DNA of 37,372 bases from Candidatus Delongbacteria bacterium. Its GTDB lineage: Bacteria; CAIWAD01; BS150m-G50. Positions 28,285 to 37,075 of the stretch are shown here, in pieces. How positions within the stretch are numbered: position 1 is the stretch's first letter; each line of letters starts with the position of its first letter. Both the position numbers and the translations under genes were made by a program. The notes beneath the pieces were generated by a model, which did no database searches, was not told the origin of the DNA, and saw nothing but the letters and a program-made list of their open reading frames with translations. The stretch spans positions 1 through 37,372 of the forward strand of contig JADHUQ010000003.1 in NCBI GenBank assembly GCA_016784425.1. Direction: 5' to 3'.

Positions 28285-28750
28285 ATGGATAAGTTAAGTC
28301 CTTATAGTATTGCTACAGATGAATGACCGAAATCAGGAAGACATTCTATAGCAATAGTAGTTACCGCGGCTTATGACGTTTCCTAAAGGACATTCTTACA
28401 AGCTTACAAGCATCGGTAGAATAGTGATTTTTTAAGTAAATGAAAATGCGGGGTTATGCAAAAGAAATCGCCAGGTGAATTGATCCCGGCAGGGAGACAA
28501 GGCAGCAACCCAGTCTTTGACCGATGATGTTTCAGTCTCAAGATAGAGCTGCCTTCCAGGTGAACTTAATTACAGGAGAAACTCAAACCTCACTTATCTG
28601 CTCAAGTTTCCTACCTCTAAAAATGCGAACTTTGCCCCAGTTGTTATCGCAAAATCGTTGTGGAAGAGATGAGCCGGGGAGCCGTTACAGTAAAAGTAAT
28701 CTTGTCTTTCTGACAGTCCTGTAATGGTCTGCAACAGCTGTTCGGATTAC

Positions 28751-28785
28751 AAAAAAAAAGGCAAATGCGGGGAGCATTTGCCTTT
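28751..28785 (-). terminator. Rho-independent terminator
   Basis: Perfect stem AAAGGCAAATGC-TCCCC-GCATTTGCCTTT running into T9 on the minus strand (A9 at 28751-28759 on plus). Confidence 0.88.
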
Positions 28786-28843
28786 GGGAAGTGTACGAAA
28801 GACGATTCAACAATATTAGGGAGTGTAATATAGAAGCGTTCGC
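28751..28843 (-). ncRNA. Candidate sigma54-dependent small RNA, about 93 nt
   Basis: Lies between a consensus -24/-12 promoter and a strong terminator on the same strand. No ATG-started ORF inside. Two hairpins with C-rich loops. Confidence 0.68.
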
Positions 28844-28853
28844 TTATTAGCAA

Positions 28854-28870
28854 AGCAAACTGCGTGCCAA
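28854..28870 (-). promoter_or_regulatory. sigma54 (-24/-12) promoter
   Basis: Minus strand TTGGCACG-CAGT-TTGCT, an exact match to YTGGCACG-N4-TTGCW, with AT-rich upstream DNA. Confidence 0.85.
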
Positions 28871-29206
28871 AATATTACACAGCTTCTTACACTGTTTATT
28901 ATTGATTTACATACATTATCATACTGGGGCTGATTCGTTGTTTTGGTGATATAAACCACTGCTGCAAAGAGTTGTTGCTCTAATGTAAGAAATACAGTAC
29001 AATTCAGCCATTTATGGAACGATAATGGATCAAACAGGAGTTGTTAGTCTTAACCACAATAATGGTTTATATCAACCGTTCATCAAAAACCAGATAATCC
29101 TGTTCATTTTGACCGGAGCACGCAATTTCACCACCTCATGCTGAAGAAGAAATTCTTGTAGAAGTGTACAAAGAGGTATAACTTTGCTGGAAATGAGGAG
29201 GCAATT

Positions 29207-30673
29207 ATGCGTTTAGTCACGATCGCTGTTTTCCTGGGGTGCTCGCTGGTAACCGGTTGGGCACAGGGGAATTCTCCGGTAGAACCTGCGGCGGAGGGAT
29301 CTACACAACCCTTTCATCTGTCTGTTGGTGTCGGCGCTGTGACAATGGACGGAGAAACATATCAGCAGATATCGCTTCGCCCTGAGATTCCTCTGGGTAA
29401 GTTTGGAATCGGTCTTGATATCACCATTTTCTTTGATGCAGATGGTAATATACGCAGCAAGGATTGGGATGAGCCGGCTGATTTACTGGACAAGATCCGC
29501 TACCTGCGTTATGGCCACCCCGGGGAGCAACTCTATATCCGTGCCGGAGCCCTGGATAATGTTACCCTCGGCTACGGCATCCTGATGAAACACTATTCCA
29601 ACTCAATTGATTACCCTTCAGTCAGAAGACTGGGTGCAAATTTTCAGGTGCGGGGGGCCGGTTTTCAGCTGGAGGGTATGTTCAACGATTTTCGGGAATT
29701 GACTGAACCTGGTCTGCTCGGTGTCCGGATGAGTCGGCCGCTACTCTGGGGTTTCACCGCCGGTGCCTCTATTGTAGCTGACGGCAACCAGTACGCCAAT
29801 CTGGTAGACGAGGACAACGATGATGTGCCGGATGAGCTCGATCGTTTTCCTGGTGAAAATGACACGGAAGTATACAGCTGGCTGGCGGCACTGTACCAGA
29901 GCAATCAGCTTGCCTACGATGGTTTAAGGGGTCAATACCCCGAGTGGCCGGAAGATCCGACCACCGCCACACCCGACTATACACCGGGCAAAGATCCGGT
30001 TACCGCAGTCGCCTTCGATCTCGGCTATCCCCTGCTGGGTAATAAATTACTCCTCTATGCCCAGGGTGCGCACTTTGTGGCGCATGGTTTTGGCATTGCA
30101 GCCCCAGGTGTAGTTTTTCAACCGGTCAATTCCCTGAGTATGGGTGTTGAATACCGATCCTACACCGACGAGTTCATCCCTGAGTTTTTCGATAGAACTT
30201 ATGAGCTCAATCGTTATTCCGTGGTGGATGTTAATGGTCAGGCAGCACTCAGGTCACGCGAATCATATCTGTTGGCTAACGCAAAGGCAGCTCGAGGTGT
30301 TTACGCAAGTGTCAATTTCCAGCTGCTGAGTCTGGTGGATGGTACCCTGGCGTACACCAGCATGCATCCGGTGGCTGAAGGGGATCAGACCAATACAATA
30401 TACGGTTCGCTAGGGCTTAATATGGCGCGTGTCCCCAAACTGACGGAGCTTTCCGCCTATTATTATCAGGCAAACGTGAAGAAGTTGTTCATACTGGAGC
30501 CAAACGCGTTACCTATCTGGGGTTACAAGATCGGTTACGAGATAACCAGTGGTGTCAATCTGCTCCTGAACTACCGTTATACCTATCAGGATCTTGACGG
30601 TGACGGTATAATCAGCGGAACTGCTGAACAGGTAAAGACATTTTCCATCGAAACATATTTCACGGTGCGGTAG
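29207..30673 (+). CDS. Secreted, probably outer-membrane beta-barrel protein of unknown function with Ca-binding-like acidic motifs
   Basis: SD GAGGAGG, signal peptide ending GWA-Q, many amphipathic strands, DEDNDDVPDELDRFP (thrombospondin type-3-like), DLDGDG, ends IETYFTVR. Confidence 0.7.
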   Translation: MRLVTIAVFLGCSLVTGWAQGNSPVEPAAEGSTQPFHLSVGVGAVTMDGETYQQISLRPEIPLGKFGIGLDITIFFDADGNIRSKDWDEPADLLDKIRYLRYGHPGEQLYIRAGALDNVTLGYGILMKHYSNSIDYPSVRRLGANFQVRGAGFQLEGMFNDFRELTEPGLLGVRMSRPLLWGFTAGASIVADGNQYANLVDEDNDDVPDELDRFPGENDTEVYSWLAALYQSNQLAYDGLRGQYPEWPEDPTTATPDYTPGKDPVTAVAFDLGYPLLGNKLLLYAQGAHFVAHGFGIAAPGVVFQPVNSLSMGVEYRSYTDEFIPEFFDRTYELNRYSVVDVNGQAALRSRESYLLANAKAARGVYASVNFQLLSLVDGTLAYTSMHPVAEGDQTNTIYGSLGLNMARVPKLTELSAYYYQANVKKLFILEPNALPIWGYKIGYEITSGVNLLLNYRYTYQDLDGDGIISGTAEQVKTFSIETYFTVR

Positions 30674-30713
30674 CAGCTGGGATCCTGTGCAGTCTGGTCA
30701 GGCCAGTTTTCTC

Positions 30714-30742
30714 TTGTAAAAAACTGGGGAGCATGGTAGACT
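30714..30742 (+). promoter_or_regulatory. sigma70-type promoter for tRNA-Val
   Basis: TTGTAA-17 nt-TAGACT with extended -10 TG, 22 nt upstream of the tRNA. Confidence 0.6.
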
Positions 30743-30764
30743 GTTCCCCGTTCAAGTTTGGCCA

Positions 30765-30838
30765 GGGCGATTAGCTCAGTTGGTTAGAGCGCATGCCCCA
30801 CACGCATGAGGCCGCAGGTTCGAACCCCGCATCGCCCA
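30765..30838 (+). tRNA. tRNA-Val (anticodon CAC), CCA not encoded
   Basis: Acceptor GGGCGAT/ATCGCCC plus A73; D arm GCTC/GAGC; anticodon stem CATGC/GCATG with loop CC-CAC-AC; T arm GCAGG-TTCGAAC-CCCGC. Confidence 0.9.
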
Positions 30839-30866
30839 TTAATTTCCACAGTAAATTGAAACTGCT

Positions 30867-32903
30867 TTGCGTAAGAAGATTCCCTTCACAAACCTCCGTA
30901 AATCCCTGCGACAAACTGTCAACCTGCTGAAAACACAAGACCAGGCATTTGTGCTGGTTACGGCCGTGCTGATCGGGATCGCCGGTGGTTATGCGGCGGT
31001 GGGAATTCAATACGCTATCAAGGGTTTCCAACTGATCTTCTGGCAGCATGAATACTCGCTGGATTACATCCGACAGTTGCCCTGGTGGTGGAAAATAGCC
31101 GCGCCGGCGGTCGGTGGCCTGATTGTGGGGCTCATCATCCAGTTTGTGGCTAAGGAGGCCAAAGGGCATGGTGTTCCGGAAGTCATGGAAGCGATCCTCC
31201 TGCGCAATGGCCGCATCCGGCCCCGGGTAGTAATTGCCAAACTGTTCGGTTCTGCCATCTATATCGCCTCCGGTGGATCGGTGGGACGGGAGGGTCCGGT
31301 TATTCAGATCGGATCAGCTATCGGGTCGAGTGCCGGTCAGCTGCTCGGTGTCAACACTAACAGGATGAGGACCTTTGTCGCCTGTGGTGCAGCTGCAGGT
31401 ATCGCTGCCGCTTTCAACGCTCCGGTGGCCGGAGCGCTTTTTGCTATTGAAATTCTACTCGGCGACATCGCCGTACTCCAGTTCAGTCCCATTGTAGTTG
31501 CCTCTGTCTCGGCGACAGTTGTCTCCAGGCATTATCTGGGTGATTTTCCTGCCTTCTCTGTCCCCCACTATGAAATGATCAGCGCCTGGGAGTTACTGCT
31601 CTATCTGGGACTCGGTCTGCTCTGTGGCCTGGTAGCCTCCGGTTTTATCAAGGTGTTGTACGCCTCAGAAGACCTGTTCGATCGGTTCAAATATCCTGAT
31701 TCACTCAAAGGTACCATCGGCGGTCTCCTGATCGGCATCATCGGCGTTATGGCACCGGAGATTTTCGGTGTCGGATACGACAGTATCGATGCGGCGCTGC
31801 AGAGTAACATGATCTGGAAGCTGGCTTTTATACTTGTCCTGGTCAAGATACTTGCTACCTCAATCTCACTGGGTTCAGGGGGATCCGGTGGTATTTTTGC
31901 CCCATCCCTTTTTCTCGGTGCAGCCACCGGTGCCTTTTTCGGGGGGCTGGCACATCTTATCTTCCCGACGATCACCGCTAATCCGGGCGCTTACGCCCTG
32001 GTCGGTATGGGGGGAGTGGTTGCCGCCACCACTCACGGGCCAATTACTGCGATATTGATCATCTTTGAGATGACAAATGACTACAAGACAATCCTGCCCC
32101 TCATGTTGACCTGTATTGTTGCTACCATCATTGCACTGAGGATCAACAAGCATTCAATTTATACGCTGAAACTTTTCCGCCGGGGGATAGACCTGCAGAA
32201 AGGCCGGGAGGTAAATGTTCTCAAGTCTATCCGGGTAGAAGATGTCTATCACAAAAGTATAGAACGGATTGATGAAAGCGCTTCCTTCACAGAAGTTGTC
32301 AGCCGGCTTTACAGCAGCCAGCATTCCTGCCTCCATGTCCTGAACCAGGCGGGTGAGCTGACCGGTGTGATTTCCATGAATGAGATCCGCCAGACTCTGG
32401 CAGATTATAATGAACTCAAGAATCTGCTGATCGCCGCTGATATCAGCAATGATGTCCTCGTTTCAACCAGCCAGGAGGATACACTCGACGATGTGATGAA
32501 AGCTTTCGGCAGCTATCATCTGGATGAAATGCCGGTACTCGATGAAAATGGTGATATTCTCGGTACGGTCCAGAAAACCGATGTGATACAAACCTACAAT
32601 CGCCTGATTTCACTGAAGGACATCTCAAACGAGATCAGTTCCGGGATCAAGCATGCCCGCAAAAAAGAAGCGGTACATGTGGTCGATAACTATTTCGTAA
32701 AAGAGATTGAGGTGCCGGATTACTTCCTGGGTCGGCGCATCGGTGAGTTGGACATACGCAATGAATACAAGCTGGAAATCCTGTTGATTTTTCCAACCGT
32801 TGATACTTCTCAGGCAATCCAGCCAGATTTCAATTATATGTTTACCCCGGGGAACCACCTGCTGGTATTTGGTAACGAGAAGGACATCCTGAGGCTGGAA
32901 TAG
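30867..32903 (+). CDS. ClC-family chloride transporter with CBS pair and C-terminal RCK_C (TrkA-C) domain
   Basis: GHGVPE, GREGP, AAFNAP, FAIE, GGIFAP, SIYT, two CBS repeats, then GRRIGELDIRNEYKLEILLI...LLVFG. Start codon uncertain (TTG). Confidence 0.92.
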   Translation: MRKKIPFTNLRKSLRQTVNLLKTQDQAFVLVTAVLIGIAGGYAAVGIQYAIKGFQLIFWQHEYSLDYIRQLPWWWKIAAPAVGGLIVGLIIQFVAKEAKGHGVPEVMEAILLRNGRIRPRVVIAKLFGSAIYIASGGSVGREGPVIQIGSAIGSSAGQLLGVNTNRMRTFVACGAAAGIAAAFNAPVAGALFAIEILLGDIAVLQFSPIVVASVSATVVSRHYLGDFPAFSVPHYEMISAWELLLYLGLGLLCGLVASGFIKVLYASEDLFDRFKYPDSLKGTIGGLLIGIIGVMAPEIFGVGYDSIDAALQSNMIWKLAFILVLVKILATSISLGSGGSGGIFAPSLFLGAATGAFFGGLAHLIFPTITANPGAYALVGMGGVVAATTHGPITAILIIFEMTNDYKTILPLMLTCIVATIIALRINKHSIYTLKLFRRGIDLQKGREVNVLKSIRVEDVYHKSIERIDESASFTEVVSRLYSSQHSCLHVLNQAGELTGVISMNEIRQTLADYNELKNLLIAADISNDVLVSTSQEDTLDDVMKAFGSYHLDEMPVLDENGDILGTVQKTDVIQTYNRLISLKDISNEISSGIKHARKKEAVHVVDNYFVKEIEVPDYFLGRRIGELDIRNEYKLEILLIFPTVDTSQAIQPDFNYMFTPGNHLLVFGNEKDILRLE

Positions 32904-33084
32904 GCACATCCGCGACAATGTTTGCGACACCGATGATCACATACCATTGATACCAGACTCCACTCACCCTCAAAACCGCACACCAAGTCCATACAGTACA
33001 CACCTCTGCACACTGAACTGCATCACACAGCTTCGGCAGTCATGGTGAATCTGAGTCGGTTCCGGTCAGGGTTGGGAGGAGAAA

Positions 33085-33561
33085 CTAGGTTTGCGCCAAC
33101 AGCAGTACTACCGCCTGGGCGGCGATCCCTTCACCGCGACCGGTGAAACCAAGCTGTTCGGAAGTTGTCGCCTTCAGGGAGACATTCTCCAGAGGTGTAT
33201 CGAGGAGAGGGGCGATCTGTTCCCGCATGGCGGGCAGGAAGGGAGCAACCCGCGGTTGCTGTAAAACCAGGGTGGCATCCAGATTACCCAGGCGATAACC
33301 CCGTTCCTGGATCAGTTGGAAGACCTGTTTCAGCAGTTCGCGACTGTCGCAACCTGAGTAGCGGGGATCGTCATCAGGAAAGTGCTGACCGATATCGCCC
33401 AACGCCAGCGCCCCCAGCAGTGCATCACAGATGGCGTGCAGCAGGACATCGGCATCGCTGTGCCCGGCCAGACCCAGTTCGTAAGGAATTTGTACCCCGC
33501 CCAGGATCAGAGGACGATCCGGCACCAGCCGGTGTACATCAAAACCGCAACCAATCCGCAC
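33085..33561 (-). CDS. ispF: 2-C-methyl-D-erythritol 2,4-cyclodiphosphate synthase
   Basis: [40 protein letters not shown]. Confidence 0.97.
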   Translation of the reverse strand: MRIGCGFDVHRLVPDRPLILGGVQIPYELGLAGHSDADVLLHAICDALLGALALGDIGQHFPDDDPRYSGCDSRELLKQVFQLIQERGYRLGNLDATLVLQQPRVAPFLPAMREQIAPLLDTPLENVSLKATTSEQLGFTGRGEGIAAQAVVLLLAQT

Positions 33562-34279
33562 AGTGCTGCTCCTTTACCAGATATTCGGCATATTCCAGAT
33601 CTGCCGGTGTGGTTATCTTCAGGGCGGGGCCGTCATCCTCCAGCCAGACCAGGTTGACCCCCGGTAAGCGTTCTACCAGTGAAGCGTCGTCGGTACCGAG
33701 GAACCGGTCCCGCTCCGCAAGGGTGTAGGCTTTTTTCAACAGGGCTGCCTGAAACAGTTGTGGGGTATGGACGGCTACCAGAAGGGAGCGGTCGAGTGTG
33801 GCGATAACGGTTCCCTTCTCCACCCTTTTCACAGTATCGGTAATCCGCTTTCCCGGCAGGGCACCATCAGCGGTGACCGCCAGCTCCAGCAGCTGCCTGA
33901 TAACCGAGGGCCCCACCAGAGGTCGTACACCATCGTGTACCGCCACGTGGTGATCATCCGGGACCAGTTTAAGCGCATGGCGGATGGAGTGCTGCCGTTC
34001 GGCACCACCGGCAACAGGAGTGACCTGCTCCGTAAGATCATGCTCCCCGAGTAAACTTTGAACCTTCTGGCGATCAGCAGGGGGATAGGTCAACAGGACC
34101 CGGACACAACCGGCCTGGAGCAGAGCGTCAAGACCATAAAGCAGCAACGGGTATCCGTTCAGCAACTGCCACTGTTTACGCTCACCAGCATCATTACCAA
34201 AACGACTGCCCTGCCCCGCCGCGGTCAGAATCCCGGTACAGGGACTTACGATAGGATGACTGGGTAAACTTGCTGTCAT
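33539..34279 (-). CDS. ispD: 2-C-methyl-D-erythritol 4-phosphate cytidylyltransferase
   Basis: [50 protein letters not shown]. Start trimmed to MTAS. Confidence 0.95.
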   Translation of the reverse strand: MTASLPSHPIVSPCTGILTAAGQGSRFGNDAGERKQWQLLNGYPLLLYGLDALLQAGCVRVLLTYPPADRQKVQSLLGEHDLTEQVTPVAGGAERQHSIRHALKLVPDDHHVAVHDGVRPLVGPSVIRQLLELAVTADGALPGKRITDTVKRVEKGTVIATLDRSLLVAVHTPQLFQAALLKKAYTLAERDRFLGTDDASLVERLPGVNLVWLEDDGPALKITTPADLEYAEYLVKEQHCADWLRF

Positions 34280-34381
34280 TTTGCTCGCGTTGGGTCGTAC
34301 TGCAACACCATCATGTAAAGAGTGAGCCAATCATTGTTCGTTGGCGGTGCGCCAGCAGCTCAGGGACACAGACCTCTGTGA

Positions 34382-35410
34382 TCAGAGAATCATCATCGCG
34401 TCGCCGTAACTGAAGAACCGGTAATGCTCCCGCTTGGCTTTGCGATAGGCTTTCATGATCAAATCCCTGTCATAAAAGGCGGAAACCAGCATCAACAGCG
34501 TAGAACCGGGCAGATGGAAATTTGTGATCAGACCATCCACTACCTTAAACTTGTAGGGGGGATAGATGAACTTGTCGGTCCAACCCTCTGTCGCCTTGAT
34601 CCGCCCTGAGAAGGTGGCCACGGTTTCCAGCGTCCGGGTGACAGTAGTACCGACCGCTATAATCCGTTTGCCCTCGGCAATCGTCCGGTTGATAGTATCC
34701 GCGGCCTGTTGCGGAACCTGGTAATACTCGGAGTCCATACGATGACGGCTGAGATCCTCCACCGTGACCGGGCGAAAAGTGCCAAGGCCAACGTGCAGCG
34801 TCAGAAAGGCGGATTTCACCCCTTTCTTCTCGAGCTTGTTCATCAAGCGGTTGGTGAAATGGAGACCGGCGGTAGGTGCGGCTACGGCGCCGACCTTGTC
34901 GGCGAAGATAGTCTGGTAGTATTTTTTATCGTCGTTGTCCGGTTCCCGTTTGATATATGGCGGTAGTGGAGTCTTACCGTATTTCTCGATCACCTTGTAG
35001 AGATCACCATCGTAATTGAAACGGACTACCCTGCCACCCGAAGTAGTATTATCGATAATCTCACAGTGGATTCCCCCCTCAATGGTAATCGTGTTACCCA
35101 TCCGCACTTTGCGGGCCGGTTTAACCATGATTTCCCAGAGGTTGTTGTTCAGCTCCCGCAACAGGAAGACCTCGATCTCCGCGTCGGTTTTGTCCTTGTG
35201 GCCACGCAGACGCGCCGGAAAGACCCGGGTATCATTGAACACCAGGCAATCACCAGGTTCCAGCAGTTGGTCCAGCTCCCGGAAAATCAATTCGTGTGTC
35301 GAGTGGGTTGCGCGATCAAGCACCATCAAACGGGCTTTATCCCGCTCTTTTAAAGGTGTTTGAGCAATCAGTTTTTCCGAAATCGGGTACTTGAAGTCGG
35401 ATAACCTCAT
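34382..35410 (-). CDS. queA: SAM:tRNA ribosyltransferase-isomerase
   Basis: LIAQTP, FNDTRVFPARL, PLPPYI, AAPTAGLHFT, LHVGLGTF, TNFHLP, FSYGDAM. Start at MRLSDF after a GAGG SD. Confidence 0.97.
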   Translation of the reverse strand: MRLSDFKYPISEKLIAQTPLKERDKARLMVLDRATHSTHELIFRELDQLLEPGDCLVFNDTRVFPARLRGHKDKTDAEIEVFLLRELNNNLWEIMVKPARKVRMGNTITIEGGIHCEIIDNTTSGGRVVRFNYDGDLYKVIEKYGKTPLPPYIKREPDNDDKKYYQTIFADKVGAVAAPTAGLHFTNRLMNKLEKKGVKSAFLTLHVGLGTFRPVTVEDLSRHRMDSEYYQVPQQAADTINRTIAEGKRIIAVGTTVTRTLETVATFSGRIKATEGWTDKFIYPPYKFKVVDGLITNFHLPGSTLLMLVSAFYDRDLIMKAYRKAKREHYRFFSYGDAMMIL

Positions 35411-35450
35411 ATTGATCCTCGCTATTGGTTCCGCCGTTGTCATCGGCGGA

Positions 35451-36491
35451 TTATTCTTTATTACTTGTGAACAGATCTCTGTTTCCTGAGTTGTCGGTCT
35501 GCCGTTCAACACCCAGATGTTGCCAGGCCAAAGGGGTAACCACCCGCCCCCGCAGGGTTCTCTCCAGAAAACCCTCTTTAATCAGAAACGGCTCATAAAC
35601 CTCTTCGATAGTACCGGCTTCTTCACCGACAGCTACCGACAGGGTATTCAATCCCACCGGGCCACCCCGGTACTTGTGGATGATAGTATGCAGAATTTTC
35701 TGGTCCATTGGATCCAGGCCACGCGCGTCGATATCGAGACGGTCCAGAGCGTGCCGCGCCAGGGCTGCCGTAACCCGACCATCCCCTTCCACCTCGGCGA
35801 AATCCCTTACTCGCCGCAACAGTCGATTGGCGACGCGGGGTGTGCCACGGGAACGCATTCCGATTTCGTGAGCGCCGTCCCGCTCCAGCTCCACCTCCAG
35901 CAACCGGGCGGAACGGTGCAGAATCTCAAGTATCTCCTCCTGGTTGTAATACTCCAGATGCGAAACGATACCGAAACGGTCACGCAAAGGGGAGGTCAAC
36001 AGACCGGCGCGGGTGGTGGCCCCAATCAGGGTGAAGCGTGGTAGATCCAGCCTCACACTACGGGCGGAAGCGCCACTGTCCAGCATAATGTCCAGCCGGT
36101 AGTCCTCCATCGCCGGGTAAAGATACTCCTCAACCACATGGTTCAACCGGTGTATTTCATCAATGAAGAGGATATCCCCCTCCTGCAGGTTGGTCAACAG
36201 CCCCGCCAGGTCAGCTGGCTTATCCAGCACCGGGCCGGAAGTTACCGTAATCTGGGCCTGCATGCTGCCTGCAATGATGTGTGCCAGAGTGGTCTTGCCG
36301 AGACCGGGAGGACCATAAAAAAGACAGTGATCCAGTGCCTCCTGACGACCAGCGGCAGCACTGATGAAAACCCTGAGGTTGTCTTTGATCCGCTGTTGCC
36401 CGACAAACTCGTTGAAATCAGTCGGGCGCAACCGGTTTTCGAGTTGATCCTCAGGTGTGTATTTGCCGGTAATGGTTCGTTCCAGATTCAT
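35451..36491 (-). CDS. ruvB: Holliday junction branch migration ATPase
   Basis: [37 protein letters not shown]. Confidence 0.97.
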   Translation of the reverse strand: MNLERTITGKYTPEDQLENRLRPTDFNEFVGQQRIKDNLRVFISAAAGRQEALDHCLFYGPPGLGKTTLAHIIAGSMQAQITVTSGPVLDKPADLAGLLTNLQEGDILFIDEIHRLNHVVEEYLYPAMEDYRLDIMLDSGASARSVRLDLPRFTLIGATTRAGLLTSPLRDRFGIVSHLEYYNQEEILEILHRSARLLEVELERDGAHEIGMRSRGTPRVANRLLRRVRDFAEVEGDGRVTAALARHALDRLDIDARGLDPMDQKILHTIIHKYRGGPVGLNTLSVAVGEEAGTIEEVYEPFLIKEGFLERTLRGRVVTPLAWQHLGVERQTDNSGNRDLFTSNKE

Positions 36492-37072
36492 TTCCTACCA
36501 TGATGTTGCAAGACGCTGCGCAAAACATCCTCCACCGACAGCTCCGGATTTTCGTGCAACTGTCGATGAACCTGCGGTTCCACCCGGGCGCGGTTGAATC
36601 CCAGCGCTTCAAGTGCTTCCAGGATCGCAGCAAGATTTGAGTCATCCTGCTCTTTACCGTCACTGAGTTCAACCTGTTGCAGTTTCTTACCCAGCTCCAG
36701 CAGCAACCGTTTGGCGGTCATTTTGCCGACACCGGGTACCGCCGTGAAGCTGGCTTCGTCACCGAGGTGTACTGCCCGCAGCAGTTCCGCGCTGCTCATC
36801 GTCGAAAGCACCGCCAATGCAACCTTGGGGCCGATCCCGGAGATGGCGATAATCTGCAGAAACAGGTCCCGCTCGTCCGTAGCGGCAAAACCAAAGAGCT
36901 GTGTCTGTTCCTGTACAGTGTGCTGATGAATGTAGACCTGCGCTTCGCAGTCCCGGGGCAAAGTCACCGCTGTACGTAACGAACAACGCACCCGATAGCC
37001 AATACCCTGATTTTCCACTACCAGGGTAGTGTTACGATTAACGGTGATCTGACCTTTGATATAATCGAACAT
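36488..37072 (-). CDS. ruvA: Holliday junction binding protein
   Basis: MFDYIKG, GIGY, LFGF, two HhH motifs ([19 protein letters not shown]), ALEALGF. Confidence 0.95.
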   Translation of the reverse strand: MFDYIKGQITVNRNTTLVVENQGIGYRVRCSLRTAVTLPRDCEAQVYIHQHTVQEQTQLFGFAATDERDLFLQIIAISGIGPKVALAVLSTMSSAELLRAVHLGDEASFTAVPGVGKMTAKRLLLELGKKLQQVELSDGKEQDDSNLAAILEALEALGFNRARVEPQVHRQLHENPELSVEDVLRSVLQHHGRK

Positions 37073-37075
37073 CAA

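Noticed and set aside
28440-28600. 6S RNA or SRP RNA
   Set aside because: The rod is too short for 6S with no convincing closing stem, and the SRP helix-8 motif is absent.
28644-28853. 69-aa minus-strand ORF over the sRNA candidate
   Set aside because: Its TTG start lies upstream of the predicted TSS, it has no SD, it crosses the terminator, and the peptide is not protein-like.
28871-29150. IHF and NtrC-type enhancer sites for the sigma54 promoter
   Set aside because: The region is AT-rich and has a partial AATCAA core, but I found no full consensus match to support a call.
30674-30866. Fluoride riboswitch / CLC-F exporter, or tRNA-anchored island
   Set aside because: The ClC lacks the CLC-F GNNLI motif, no riboswitch consensus is seen, and there is no integrase or duplicated tRNA 3' end.
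32904-33084. CA-rich intergenic region giving a Cys-rich minus-strand frame with an in-frame TGA (selenoprotein or metallothionein idea)
   Set aside because: Cys richness follows from the TG-skewed composition. No SD or recognisable SECIS, and the frame runs antisense into the ClC gene.
1040-36986. Many long alternative-frame or antisense ORFs (e.g. 1125-1841, 13128-13937, 24620-25603)
   Set aside because: They are shadows of well-supported genes and have no motifs of their own.
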